Shown here one piece after another: positions 1-9,545 of a stretch of DNA of 64,000 bases. The stretch comes from Myxococcota bacterium (GTDB lineage Bacteria > Myxococcota_A > Polyangia > Polyangiales > Houyiibacteriaceae): the NCBI GenBank assembly GCA_039030515.1, contig JBCCEA010000006.1, positions 64,001-128,000 of the forward strand. The letters are read 5' to 3'. The notes under the pieces are model-generated. The model worked only from the letters and a program-made list of their open reading frames with translations, was not told where the DNA came from and did no database searches. Both the position numbers and the translations under genes were made by a program. Every line of letters begins with the position of its first letter. Position 1 is the first letter of the stretch.

Positions 1-1240
1 TCAGGGGAACGATTTCGAAGGTGCACTTCGCTATGTTGCGAAGGCTCTGATTTGCCAGCCCGTTGGAGAGATCCTCGGCGAACTGCGCATGGTGGAGGCC
101 CAGTCTCACTACTGGCGGGCGCGATATCGAAACGCCCTCGATGCAGCCGTCATGGCACAAAGTCTCTTCGAACGAGGCAGTGCTCGCTGGTACCAAGCGG
201 TTGAGTCGGCCATCGCAGCGTCCACCGGCATGGGAGATCGCGAATTGCTGCGCGATATCGTGGAATCTATGCTCGATGTAGAGCCGATGCCTGAAATTCT
301 AGACGTTCTTTCAGCGGCTTTGGGGCGATCGGTGGTGGGTCTATCGCTCTTGGGCGATGGCGTGATGGCGCGGCAGGTTTGGGCCCGAATGCGCTCGCTA
401 GAACGTCGCTCCGTAGTCTCGATAGGTTGGCGGTCGAGGGCGGAAGGCGTGATCGCGCTTTCTACCGGCGACGTCGGCGAGTTTTTGGAAGCGTCCATGG
501 ACGCTCGTTCGTTCTTTGATCGAATCGGCAATGTTCGGGAATCGATGATGAGCGCATGTGATGTAGGTTTTGGACTCTTTCACTTGGGGCTTGTCGACGA
601 AGCTCAGAAGATTCTGGGAAACGCAAGCGATCAAGCGTCGCAACTCGGACTCCCCCGCGCAGAGAATCGGGCAAAACTCTTGCGTGCGGAGCTCTTGCTG
701 CAGCTGGGGCAGACGCATCAGGCAAGACAGCTCGTGACTCATGTGGTCGAGCGGGGCGAGGCCCAGGGCGATCGCTGGATGCGGGCGATCGGTAGTGTGC
801 TGCGGGTGCGTGTTTCTCTGCAGCTCGGGGATGTACTTCGCGCGGAACAGGCGGCGCGAACTCTCGTCGACACACACGACATGCCCCTGGCCGTCATACC
901 CTATGCTTTTGCAGTCCATGCGCAGACGCTTCTTCGAAGCAACCGTCTAGACGAAGCGCTCGTGGCGTCTCGCAAGGGAGTTTCCAGCCTGGAGCAAACG
1001 GCAGGCTTGGGGCCTCCCCGAGATATGGAGATCCGACTTACCTGGGCTGAGGTATTGCGCGCACATGGCAAGCAAGTAGAGGCAAAGCAGGCCGTCGACG
1101 CTGCAGCGACGCTCATCAGGGAGCGCGCCTCAAAGCTTAGGGATGCGCTTTGGCGTAAGCGCTTCCTGGAGTCGGTTCCGGTGCATCAGGCGCTGCTCAG
1201 TTGGAGCTCGGAAGGTCTTACGCTTCCGCCCCTAGGCTGA
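1..1240 (+). CDS. C-terminal helical/TPR-like region of a large protein, 5'-truncated by the window (probably a myxobacterial kinase/AAA-ATPase-TPR type)
   Basis: Frame is open from position 2 to the stop at 1240. Ala/Leu-rich helical repeats. Ends with ...LRDALWRKRFLESVPVHQALL, a tail typical of this protein type. Confidence 0.65.
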   Translation, partial: QGNDFEGALRYVAKALICQPVGEILGELRMVEAQSHYWRARYRNALDAAVMAQSLFERGSARWYQAVESAIAASTGMGDRELLRDIVESMLDVEPMPEILDVLSAALGRSVVGLSLLGDGVMARQVWARMRSLERRSVVSIGWRSRAEGVIALSTGDVGEFLEASMDARSFFDRIGNVRESMMSACDVGFGLFHLGLVDEAQKILGNASDQASQLGLPRAENRAKLLRAELLLQLGQTHQARQLVTHVVERGEAQGDRWMRAIGSVLRVRVSLQLGDVLRAEQAARTLVDTHDMPLAVIPYAFAVHAQTLLRSNRLDEALVASRKGVSSLEQTAGLGPPRDMEIRLTWAEVLRAHGKQVEAKQAVDAAATLIRERASKLRDALWRKRFLESVPVHQALLSWSSEGLTLPPLG

Positions 1241-2156
1241 CTTCAGCCGGGGTACTGTGGATGTTGGGAACCCAGTCTTCGTCTCGAACAGAGGGCGGCA
1301 AAACGACCGGGTTGCCGAGATAGTCGAGTCGTTTGCCCGGCCAGACAAAAGCTTGAAAGGCGTACGCCAAAAGGGACGTTTGCTCGAGATTCGGATGGAT
1401 GTGCGGCGCAAGAACACGCGCGTGCTCCCGAGGCAGCAGACTCCAATGCAGGCCTGGACGCAGATGGTGCATGCCGTGGAATCCGTTGTTAAAAGTCCAC
1501 CAGTTAACCCATCGACCCACAAAGTTACGTGAATGGTTGTATGGGCTTGAAGGATTGCAACCGTCGTGCTGGATGAAGTTGATCCCGACGATGCCCCAGG
1601 CGGCATATTGATGTGGAATAAACACGTAGAGCAGCCAGCTGTGCCAGTCGAGATAGATCAGTCCCGCATTGAATCCGAGGTACACGATGGTCTCGAGAAT
1701 CAGCTGCCGAAACCATCTTGGGCGCTGTGTTCTCATGGCGCGCGTGTAGACCCATTCACCCCGAATGATGGAACGGCTTATCGTGCTGAGAAAGAAGATC
1801 TGATTCAATAGATTCCATCGAAATCTCAGCTTCGTAGTGCGCATCACGTCTTTTGCACTCTGGGTGTGGACGTGGTGACTCAAGTTGTGGCCGGGAACAA
1901 AAGCGCTGACCGGATGGCCGTAGCAGAGGGTGAGGACAACCTGCATCAGGCGATTCAGGCCACGGCGACGAAACATCGGCACGTGCACGGTGTTGTGGGT
2001 GATCACCGCGCAGAAGAAGCTGAATAGACAGCATGAGGTCACGAGTGCGATGCGAAAAACCCAAGACTCCGGCTGAATCAGAAAACCAGCCCCACAAAGG
2101 GACAGCTGAATCGCCACAAACGTAAGGGAACGAATATCCTCCCGAAACCTCAACAT
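1218..2156 (-). CDS. Membrane fatty acid desaturase family protein
   Basis: His boxes HNTVH, HNLSHH, QH and HGMHH, with hydrophobic TM segments. Confidence 0.9.
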   Translation of the reverse strand: MLRFREDIRSLTFVAIQLSLCGAGFLIQPESWVFRIALVTSCCLFSFFCAVITHNTVHVPMFRRRGLNRLMQVVLTLCYGHPVSAFVPGHNLSHHVHTQSAKDVMRTTKLRFRWNLLNQIFFLSTISRSIIRGEWVYTRAMRTQRPRWFRQLILETIVYLGFNAGLIYLDWHSWLLYVFIPHQYAAWGIVGINFIQHDGCNPSSPYNHSRNFVGRWVNWWTFNNGFHGMHHLRPGLHWSLLPREHARVLAPHIHPNLEQTSLLAYAFQAFVWPGKRLDYLGNPVVLPPSVRDEDWVPNIHSTPAEVSLGAEA

Positions 2157-2184
2157 CGGACTCGAATAGCACAGAAGAGGAGAC

Positions 2185-3015
2185 TTACACCGTTTCGAGA
2201 TGAGCCAGCTCTTTAGCCAGTTTCTTCTTTGCTCGTATCTCTAGCTGCCGGACCCGCTCGCGGCTGATGCCCGCTTCTTCACCCATCATCGCTAGGGAAG
2301 GAGGGTCGTCGCCCATCAGACGTTCGCGGGTGATCTTGAGCTCTCGTGGATCCAGGACGTCGAGTGCTCGCTCGACATCACATTCGAGACGGTCGAACAG
2401 TTGTTTTCGGGCCGCGTTTTCGTCTGGAGGCTCGATTTCGGCGGTGAGGTGATCTCCGAGAGTTCGGTTGCCCTCTCCAACAGGGCTTTCCATCGAAGTC
2501 ATGCGTGCATCCAGCATGGACATCATATGCGACACGGTGCTTGGAGGTAGCTTGAAGCGCTCGGATAGGATGCTGACGACCTCATCGCGATTGTGACCTG
2601 CTTGCGCCAGTCGGACCCGCTCGCGCCGCAGTCGAAAATAGTATTTCGTCTTGAAAGGACCGGTCCCGGCGCCGATGGGGGCTGCGGTTCTCACGATATG
2701 TTCCAGAACGTAGGCACGAATCCAGTGGCTGGCGTAGGTGATGAATCGCAGTCCGCGCTCCGGGTCGTACTTATCTGCCGCTTTGAGCAGTCCGATCGTG
2801 CCTTCCGAGATAAGCTCTTCGACCGGAACACCATACCGGCGGTGCTGCACAGCCACCGCGACGACATGACGTGCGTTGGCTTCGACAAGTCGGTCTCTAG
2901 CCCGTTTGTCCCCTGCTCGAGCAAGTCGGGCTGTTTCGTATTCCTCTTCTACGGAAAGTTTCGGAATCGCATTGAGTCGAGCAGCAAGCTCGCGGGCAGG
3001 ATCAGGGGTCGTCAT
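2185..3015 (-). CDS. RNA polymerase sigma factor, sigma70 family (RpoH/sigma32-like)
   Basis: Region 2 LISEGTIGLLKAADKYDPERGLRFITYASHWIRAY and region 4 GISRERVRQLEIRAKKKL. Confidence 0.92.
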   Translation of the reverse strand: MTTPDPARELAARLNAIPKLSVEEEYETARLARAGDKRARDRLVEANARHVVAVAVQHRRYGVPVEELISEGTIGLLKAADKYDPERGLRFITYASHWIRAYVLEHIVRTAAPIGAGTGPFKTKYYFRLRRERVRLAQAGHNRDEVVSILSERFKLPPSTVSHMMSMLDARMTSMESPVGEGNRTLGDHLTAEIEPPDENAARKQLFDRLECDVERALDVLDPRELKITRERLMGDDPPSLAMMGEEAGISRERVRQLEIRAKKKLAKELAHLETV

Positions 3016-3859
3016 CGTAGGCTCCGATACTGGCGGAATTGATTATTTTTCGTGCTTCGTGCGATATCTCTTCGAAATCGCGAATGACTAGGCCGTAGGG
3101 AGGGGGATCGGGCCACGAGCCACATCCACCCAAGATAAGATCCACCCCCCTCGGCTCGAGTATGCGTCCGAGCCCCTCAGCCTGAAGGCGCATCTCATGT
3201 GGCTCGCTAGAGATGGCGGAGGCGCTCACCGCGAGGAGATCGATATTGTACCGTTCAATCGCAGTGTCGAGGTTGGCAAAGGGAGTGCGGCGTCCGGACC
3301 AAACCGTCATCCAGCCAGCTTCACGCATGCACACTTCGAGCAGCGACAGTCCAAGTGTGTGGTTGTCCCCCTCGGCTGTGGTGAGCATGCATGTGGGAGC
3401 ATCCTTTGCGTTGGGCAGCCACTGCGCGGTTCGGGCGAGCGCGCGGGAGAGGCGTTCTGTCGCTACGTGCTCGTCGATAGGGTTTAGATCTCCCCGGGCC
3501 CAACGTGCTCCCAGCTCTGTGACGACTGAACCCAAGCTCTTGGCCACGCTGGACCACCGACCGAGTCGGTTTCGTTCTCGCATGAGGAGCGCATCGATCG
3601 CGTGGCTGTCCGACACCTCGAGGAGTTCCTCGAGCCACTCATCGATCAGTGCTGTCTCACGGGCGGATGCGGTGGCGACAGGTTCTTCTTCGGATTGACC
3701 CCTGCGGCGCTGAAATGAATCCAGTGCTTCCTTGGAAAACCTACGGTGTTTTCCCGCAGTTTTTTCGCACTCTAAAAGCCCTGCATCCGACCAGCGCTTA
3801 ACGCTCGCCGCACTTACTCTCAAGTATCGCGCAGCAGCGGAGCTCGTAAACCAGCGCAT
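3002..3859 (-). CDS. MerR-like HTH plus cobalamin-binding transcriptional regulator (CarH/LitR-like)
   Basis: N-terminal HTH (AARYLRVSAASVKRWSDAG..KTAGKHRRF), W-x9-EH motif (WARGDLNPIDEH) and B12 motif DNHTLG. Confidence 0.85.
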   Translation of the reverse strand: MRWFTSSAAARYLRVSAASVKRWSDAGLLECEKTAGKHRRFSKEALDSFQRRRGQSEEEPVATASARETALIDEWLEELLEVSDSHAIDALLMRERNRLGRWSSVAKSLGSVVTELGARWARGDLNPIDEHVATERLSRALARTAQWLPNAKDAPTCMLTTAEGDNHTLGLSLLEVCMREAGWMTVWSGRRTPFANLDTAIERYNIDLLAVSASAISSEPHEMRLQAEGLGRILEPRGVDLILGGCGSWPDPPPYGLVIRDFEEISHEARKIINSASIGAYDDDP

Positions 3860-4100
3860 GGGGTCAACATGGTATGCGTGATCGTTTTGGTCAACTTGAA
3901 TCGACAGAAGCGGCCAAAACGCTCAAAGCGCTCGTTTGTCGCGAAGCGGTATCGTTTTGAGCGAATTGTGCTCGGCAAAGCCCCACGAGACTGTCACGGG
4001 CCTATCGCCCTCGATGTGATGTGCCTCACGTGTGCGCTGGTTGCTGAGCGGGGTCCGAGATTGCTTGAGTTGAGCGATCTGGTCGTTTGCCTGGTCGAGT

Positions 4101-5417
4101 CTAGCTTCCAGTGATGTGCACTGCTGTGCCCTGCTGCTCGGGCTTGGTGAATACCGCATGCAGTCCCTCGGGCAGAGGCGGCTCAGTCGCAAACTCAAAC
4201 ACGCGCTTTGCATCGTTTGGCGCCAAGTTCACGCAACCATGACTCGTTTTGAGTCCAAAACGATCGTGCCAAAACGCACCGTGAAGGGCATAGCCGCCCT
4301 TGAAGTACAGCACCCACGGCACGTCCTGGATATAGTAGGGACCACTTAGATTGTCCTCATCATCCATGGTGGCGGTGATGTGTTTTGAACGAACCGCAAA
4401 AGTCCCGGTGGGTGTGGGATGTTCCTCTTCTCCGGTGGAAGCCAAGGTGACGTACACCATCGCGTCCCCTTCGTAGAGGGCGACAAACTGGTTGCGCAGG
4501 CTAACGTGGATCCACCGCTGCCCCGGCTCGATGCTGCTGGGGCGCTTGATCGCATGGATGCGAGAGACTTGTAGCGCTGCGATCCACCGGGTCTCCCCAG
4601 CCTCCAGCTCGGTTTGGTACCAACGTCCCGCTCGCTCGTGCACCCCGCGAAGGGGCAGACGGAGATGCCGCTTGACGGGCTCGCAGGTCGGCATGTCCTC
4701 CGCGCCCGGGTCTATGGGGGTGTCGCACGTTTTGGCGGTTGGGTCGGTAACCCATAAAAAAGGCAGGTCGCCGTCTTGGGAGACCTCAAAGCCCTCGAAT
4801 TCTGTGCCTCGCACGGGGGTCGTGCCCTCCCGCGGTACAAACCAGTAGCGCGTGGTGCGATAGAGTTTGCGGTCATAAATGTTGACCCACTTGTCTACCG
4901 TGAAAATATATCCTTCTTGAAGATCGCGTGTGCGCACCCGCTCCGGACGCTCTCCACGTCGAGGTGGGCGTCGGTACACGGGAACTCCGTCTCCGGCGGT
5001 GACTCGCACATACCTGTAGGGCATCCCCTGGTTTTTCGGAGGCTTCGGGATGAACGCGAGCCCAGCTGGACCGTTCGTTCGCACGTTGATATTGCCGTCG
5101 TCGCGTATCCAGCCGACGCCGGACATGCGGTACCAGGTCTCGGATTCGACTTCCCGCCGCTCGCTGATCGAAAAGCGCTGACCCCATCGCAACAGCCCTA
5201 CGGCTCGGGCGTCCTCTCGCGGATCGTAACGGACCCAAACTCGAAGCTGCTTGGCGATTCCATTGGCGATCGCTTCTTCGTCGATGGCCGTCTCTCGCTC
5301 AGGCTCGGACTCGTCTGCGGCCTGCTCTGGCGCCGGTTCGACCTGTTGGACCCCGTCGCCGCATCCTACCTGGCCGGCACATGCGAGTGACATCGCCATG
5401 ATGCAGCGTAATCGCAT
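4101..5417 (-). CDS. L,D-transpeptidase (YkuD) family lipoprotein
   Basis: Signal peptide with Cys, plus catalytic motif ALHGAFWH...SHGCVNL. Confidence 0.9.
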   Translation of the reverse strand: MRLRCIMAMSLACAGQVGCGDGVQQVEPAPEQAADESEPERETAIDEEAIANGIAKQLRVWVRYDPREDARAVGLLRWGQRFSISERREVESETWYRMSGVGWIRDDGNINVRTNGPAGLAFIPKPPKNQGMPYRYVRVTAGDGVPVYRRPPRRGERPERVRTRDLQEGYIFTVDKWVNIYDRKLYRTTRYWFVPREGTTPVRGTEFEGFEVSQDGDLPFLWVTDPTAKTCDTPIDPGAEDMPTCEPVKRHLRLPLRGVHERAGRWYQTELEAGETRWIAALQVSRIHAIKRPSSIEPGQRWIHVSLRNQFVALYEGDAMVYVTLASTGEEEHPTPTGTFAVRSKHITATMDDEDNLSGPYYIQDVPWVLYFKGGYALHGAFWHDRFGLKTSHGCVNLAPNDAKRVFEFATEPPLPEGLHAVFTKPEQQGTAVHITGS

Positions 5418-5546
5418 CGGCCGAGGCGCTTAGCCTAGCCCAAGGTTCGGGTCAATCGATGCTCCCTGCTCCGGCCAGCGGTCCGATTGGCTCCGAGCAG
5501 TGGTCTGATTGGCTGCTGGGCAGCGGTCCGAGCGGTGCCGAGCCGA

Positions 5547-7181
5547 CTAGATGAGATCGTCGTAAGAGGCGCGCTCCAGCCGACAATGCAGCAGTGAAAA
5601 ACGTCCCTCGACCGCCAAAGCCTCGCAAACCGCTTTGCGCAGTGTCTCCTCGTCTTCGACAAGCACCCCGATCCCACCAAAAGACGCTGCAATCGAGACA
5701 AAATCGGTTCCGCCGGAGTTCACGCCGAGGGTGGACAATCCCAGGTGCCGCTGCTTCATCTCGATCAACGCCAAACTGCGATCGTCATACACCACGATCA
5801 CGACGCTGAGCCGCTGGTCTCTCAAGGTGGCGAGCTCGCCGAGCGCCATCTCCAATCCCCCGTCTCCAGTCACCGCTACGGCCGGACGTAGGGGCGCCGC
5901 CAACTTCGCGCCGATCGCAAGCGGAACCGCGCAGCCCATCGTGCAGAGTCCGGAGGACTGCAGGAGCGTTCCGGCCGATTGGACGCGGTAGATCTGATTG
6001 AACGCGATCCGATGTGCTCCAGTGTCCACGGAGACAAAAGCGTGCTTCGGTATGAGCTCTGAAAGCGCGTGGCTGATGCGGGCGGGTCCAAAAACCGACT
6101 CTCGGGCAAAAGCGGCTGCCAGTGAATGGCGAGCTGATTCCGGAGATCCGCAGTCCCACACCGGACCGGCGCTTTTTTGAACGCGTTGACCCAACACTCG
6201 GAGGGTCGCTCCGATATCGCCCACCACAGAACAACTCGCTTGGTGCACGTAGTGGGTGTTCGGGACCGAGGAGATCTCGATGACCGCGGTCTCTTCGCGG
6301 AACGGGCTTCTCCAGCCTTTCCGCATCTCGATCGGATCGTATCCGGCCAGCACGACGACATCGGCCTTGCGCACAAGCGGCAGCAGGACGGCATCGGCTC
6401 GGGGACTCAGGCCCGCGCCGCCTAGCGAGAGCGGATGGGTTTCTGGAATCACCCCTTTTGCCTTGTAGGTGGTGAGCACCGGGGCGCCAAGTAGCTCGGC
6501 CAAAGACTGCAGCTCGGAGGCCGCGCGGTGCGCCAGCACATCCAAGCCCGCCAGAATCAGAGGCCGCCTTGCCCGCTCCAGTAGAGCCCCCAGTCTCGTG
6601 ACCTCCTTGTCTACCGGCGCTGTCGCCATGATTTTTGCGCGACGGACCGGAATGGGACGATCGATTCGAGCCTTGGCGACCGAGATGGGAACGTCGAGAT
6701 GTACCGGACCCCGCTGCCCATCGAACGCGATGCAGAGCGCCTTGTCGAGAATCTCCTCCAGCGATGCGACGTTCAATCGAAAGCTCGCCTTCGTCACACC
6801 GCGCAGCAGCTCTTGATGATCGAATATCTGATGGGTGTACGTATGTTGATCCTCCTCATCGATGCACCCCGTCAAAAAGAGCATCGGCACCCGATCTTGA
6901 TACGCATTGACCACTACATTAACCGCGTTCGCGACTCCCGGTCCCACCGTTGCAACCAGGACGGCAGGTGCGCCGCTTGCGTGATGGGTGCCTTCGGCCA
7001 TAAAGCCGCCGCAGTTTTCATGACGGCAGAGAATGAACTCCACGCCCGCCATTTTGAGTCCGTCTAGAAGCGAGAGTACCTCCCCGCCGGGGATGCCGAA
7101 CGCATAGCGCACGCCGGCTGCCGCCAGTCGGTTTCCGATCAGTTCCGCCACTCGGATTGGGCTACGAGCTGAGTCGTTCAC
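5547..7181 (-). CDS. Thiamine pyrophosphate-binding enzyme (acetolactate synthase-like)
   Basis: FGIPGG, RHE, GPGVAN, GPVHLDVP and the TPP motif GDGG. Confidence 0.9.
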   Translation of the reverse strand: MNDSARSPIRVAELIGNRLAAAGVRYAFGIPGGEVLSLLDGLKMAGVEFILCRHENCGGFMAEGTHHASGAPAVLVATVGPGVANAVNVVVNAYQDRVPMLFLTGCIDEEDQHTYTHQIFDHQELLRGVTKASFRLNVASLEEILDKALCIAFDGQRGPVHLDVPISVAKARIDRPIPVRRAKIMATAPVDKEVTRLGALLERARRPLILAGLDVLAHRAASELQSLAELLGAPVLTTYKAKGVIPETHPLSLGGAGLSPRADAVLLPLVRKADVVVLAGYDPIEMRKGWRSPFREETAVIEISSVPNTHYVHQASCSVVGDIGATLRVLGQRVQKSAGPVWDCGSPESARHSLAAAFARESVFGPARISHALSELIPKHAFVSVDTGAHRIAFNQIYRVQSAGTLLQSSGLCTMGCAVPLAIGAKLAAPLRPAVAVTGDGGLEMALGELATLRDQRLSVVIVVYDDRSLALIEMKQRHLGLSTLGVNSGGTDFVSIAASFGGIGVLVEDEETLRKAVCEALAVEGRFSLLHCRLERASYDDLI

Positions 7182-7182
7182 G

Positions 7183-8322
7183 CTATACCCGCAGGATCAA
7201 CTCGAGCCCCAAATTCAATGAAAAGGCGGTCCGGTCGGAAAGCACCCAGAAGGTTGGAGCGAGCACATCGATGCCCAGCTCCACTCGATCGCTCAGCGGT
7301 AGATTCACCCCGGCGCTCAGTCGAATAAAGGGTCCGTTGTAGGGCAAATAGCCGATGCCGAAACGAAGCGGCAGGGTCGCTCTCGTGCGAGGAGAGAGAC
7401 GTAGGCGGTGTTCCACTTGCGCATACGAGAGCAGATTGTTGACGCGACCGTTTCGACCTCGAAGATTCGCGTAGCCAACATAGGCGCCGAGCAGCAACTC
7501 ACGGGACACTCGATAGTCGAAACGCATGCCCGCAAGGTGATTGTAGAACGCGTCGTCAGAGGTGCCGATGGCAGATTCGGTACTCATCGCGAGATTGACC
7601 CGCCGGCCGATGTCCGCTTCAGGCGCCTCGCCGGACTCCAAAGGGGTAAGGTCTTGGTCGTCCAAGCTCTGGGTGACGATTCCGCGTTCCGTCCGAGACG
7701 AGGATTCAGTCCGCCGCTCGCCAGAGGCGACAGTGAAGCGATAGGCCTCTTCATCAAAGAGCCGGGGCTCCGGTAAGGCCTCGCGCACCAGCCTGTCGAC
7801 CACCTGATGAAGATCCCCAGCAAGTGCGGTGCCCCGAGCGAAAAAGGGTCCGGTGTTGTCGAGACTCGCTACGACCACCTCGATCACGTAGCGGCCCTCG
7901 TGAGCCCAAACGCGTGCAAATGCGCCTCGATGCGAACCGGAAATGTAGGTGACCCGCCATAGATCGGCGGGCGCGGGTGGAAACGACATCCGCAGTCTTC
8001 CCGCCGCGGCGACCGTGTCTCGAGGGCTTTGTACCCGATAACCCATCCGCCTTGCGGTATGACGAATCCGATTTGAGACGTGGCGGCCCACTACCGGGTC
8101 TACGCCATACGGGGCTGCATCGACTACGATGAGGGACAGCGCTCCGGGCTGAGCCATCGATCCCGAAGCTGGCCACGAGATCGAGCCGAAAACGCTTGAG
8201 ATCAAGCAGAGCGCAAAAAGGGCTCGGCCATAGAAACTCTTACCTGATGCACCGAAAAGAGCATGACCTTCAGACCGTGAGCTCTTGACCCCAGCGCGTG
8301 TACCCTTTCGGTCTCGAGCCAC
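7183..8322 (-). CDS. Hypothetical exported protein, possible C-terminal outer-membrane beta-strand domain
   Basis: Long ORF with an N-terminal hydrophobic segment and alternating beta-strand pattern ending SLNLGLELILRV. Confidence 0.55.
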   Translation of the reverse strand: MARDRKGTRAGVKSSRSEGHALFGASGKSFYGRALFALCLISSVFGSISWPASGSMAQPGALSLIVVDAAPYGVDPVVGRHVSNRIRHTARRMGYRVQSPRDTVAAAGRLRMSFPPAPADLWRVTYISGSHRGAFARVWAHEGRYVIEVVVASLDNTGPFFARGTALAGDLHQVVDRLVREALPEPRLFDEEAYRFTVASGERRTESSSRTERGIVTQSLDDQDLTPLESGEAPEADIGRRVNLAMSTESAIGTSDDAFYNHLAGMRFDYRVSRELLLGAYVGYANLRGRNGRVNNLLSYAQVEHRLRLSPRTRATLPLRFGIGYLPYNGPFIRLSAGVNLPLSDRVELGIDVLAPTFWVLSDRTAFSLNLGLELILRV

Positions 8323-8363
8323 GGAGTAAGGCTACGCGAGCACTGCGAGAAGTCCAATTGCTG

Positions 8364-8430
8364 CCCCCAGGCCCCGGCTGAACCCCCCAGGCCCCGGCTG
8401 AACCCTCGACGTCCCCGCCGAACCCTCGAC
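8364..8430. repeat. 20-bp period tandem duplication
   Basis: cccccaggccccggctgaac x2, continuing as aaccctcgac at 8401 and 8421. Confidence 0.8.
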
Positions 8431-8460
8431 AATGGACGACCTGTCGGTTACCACCCTCCC

Positions 8461-9447
8461 ATGAAGTGGCTACCTATCTTGCTGATGACGGCGCTCAGTC
8501 TCATCGCGTGCAATCGCGAAGAAGGGTCCGGTAACGACAACGCCGAAGAAACGAACGCGCCTTCAAGCAGCGATCGCGAAAAGGCGGCCACGGAACTTCA
8601 GCAAGCCTGGGCGCAGTCTCGTCCCGATCAGGGGAGATCGCAGCAGCGACCCCAAGGCGGCCCGGATCCGGTTCCGGCGCCTAGTGACGTCGCATCGCCA
8701 CCGGGAGACGCCCGACGCACGGATTCAGGTCTCGCGTACAAGGTCCTCAAGACCGGCGACGGGCAAGAGCACCCGGGCGCTCGCGACGAGGTCACCGTGC
8801 ACTACACGGGCTGGACCACCGACGGCAATATGTTCGACAGCTCCGTCACCCGTGGTCAGCCCGCAACCTTCCCCCTGAACCGGGTGATCGGAGGCTGGAC
8901 TGAGGGCGTGCAGCTCATGGTCACGGGAGAAAAGACCCGCTTTTGGATTCCGGAAGAGCTCGCTTACGGCGGTCGACCCGGCCGGCCCGCAGGCATGCTC
9001 GTGTTCGACATCGAGTTGATCTCGATCAAACGAGCTCCACAGGCACCAGAGACCCCGAGCGACGTGCGTGAACCGCCTGCGAACTCCGAGCAAAAAGAAG
9101 TCCGTAGGCAAAACGCAGAAGGGACAGCCGTGTCCGGCACGCTCTACTCACGCGTGCTTGAACCGGGAACCGGCACCAAGCATCCGGCAGAATCGAGCAC
9201 CGTCGAGGTGCACTACACGGGCTGGACCACCGACGGAAACATGTTCGACAGCTCCGTCACCCGAGGTCGTCCTGCCCGATTTCCACTGGGTCGGGTGATT
9301 CCGGGGTGGACTGAAGGCGTGCAGCTGATGGTCGAAGGCGAAAAGCGACGTTTCTGGATCCCCGAATCGCTCGCCTACGCCGGCCGCCCGGGCGCTCCTG
9401 CAGGGATGTTGGTCTTCGACGTCCAGCTCCTCCGCATTTTAGACTGA
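8461..9447 (+). CDS. FKBP-type peptidyl-prolyl isomerase lipoprotein with two FKBP domains
   Basis: Lipobox LIAC. Two copies of VHYTGWTTDGNMFDSS...VIxGWTEGVQLM..GEK.RFWIP..LAY. Confidence 0.95.
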   Translation: MKWLPILLMTALSLIACNREEGSGNDNAEETNAPSSSDREKAATELQQAWAQSRPDQGRSQQRPQGGPDPVPAPSDVASPPGDARRTDSGLAYKVLKTGDGQEHPGARDEVTVHYTGWTTDGNMFDSSVTRGQPATFPLNRVIGGWTEGVQLMVTGEKTRFWIPEELAYGGRPGRPAGMLVFDIELISIKRAPQAPETPSDVREPPANSEQKEVRRQNAEGTAVSGTLYSRVLEPGTGTKHPAESSTVEVHYTGWTTDGNMFDSSVTRGRPARFPLGRVIPGWTEGVQLMVEGEKRRFWIPESLAYAGRPGAPAGMLVFDVQLLRILD

Positions 9448-9478
9448 AGCGTCTCGAGCCAGCGAGCCTACAGGCTCG

Positions 9479-9540
9479 AGTACGCCCAGGGCGTCATGAC
9501 GAAGTACGCCCAGCGCGTCATCACGAAGTACGCCCAGGGC
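9479..9540. repeat. 24-bp tandem repeat (~2.6 copies) between convergent genes
   Basis: agtacgcccag at 9479, 9503 and 9527. Confidence 0.85.
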
Positions 9541-9545
9541 GGTGA

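Noticed and set aside
8461..9447. Near-identical DNA blocks at ~8797-8852 and ~9208-9263
   Set aside because: Explained by the two FKBP domains of one protein, a known architecture.
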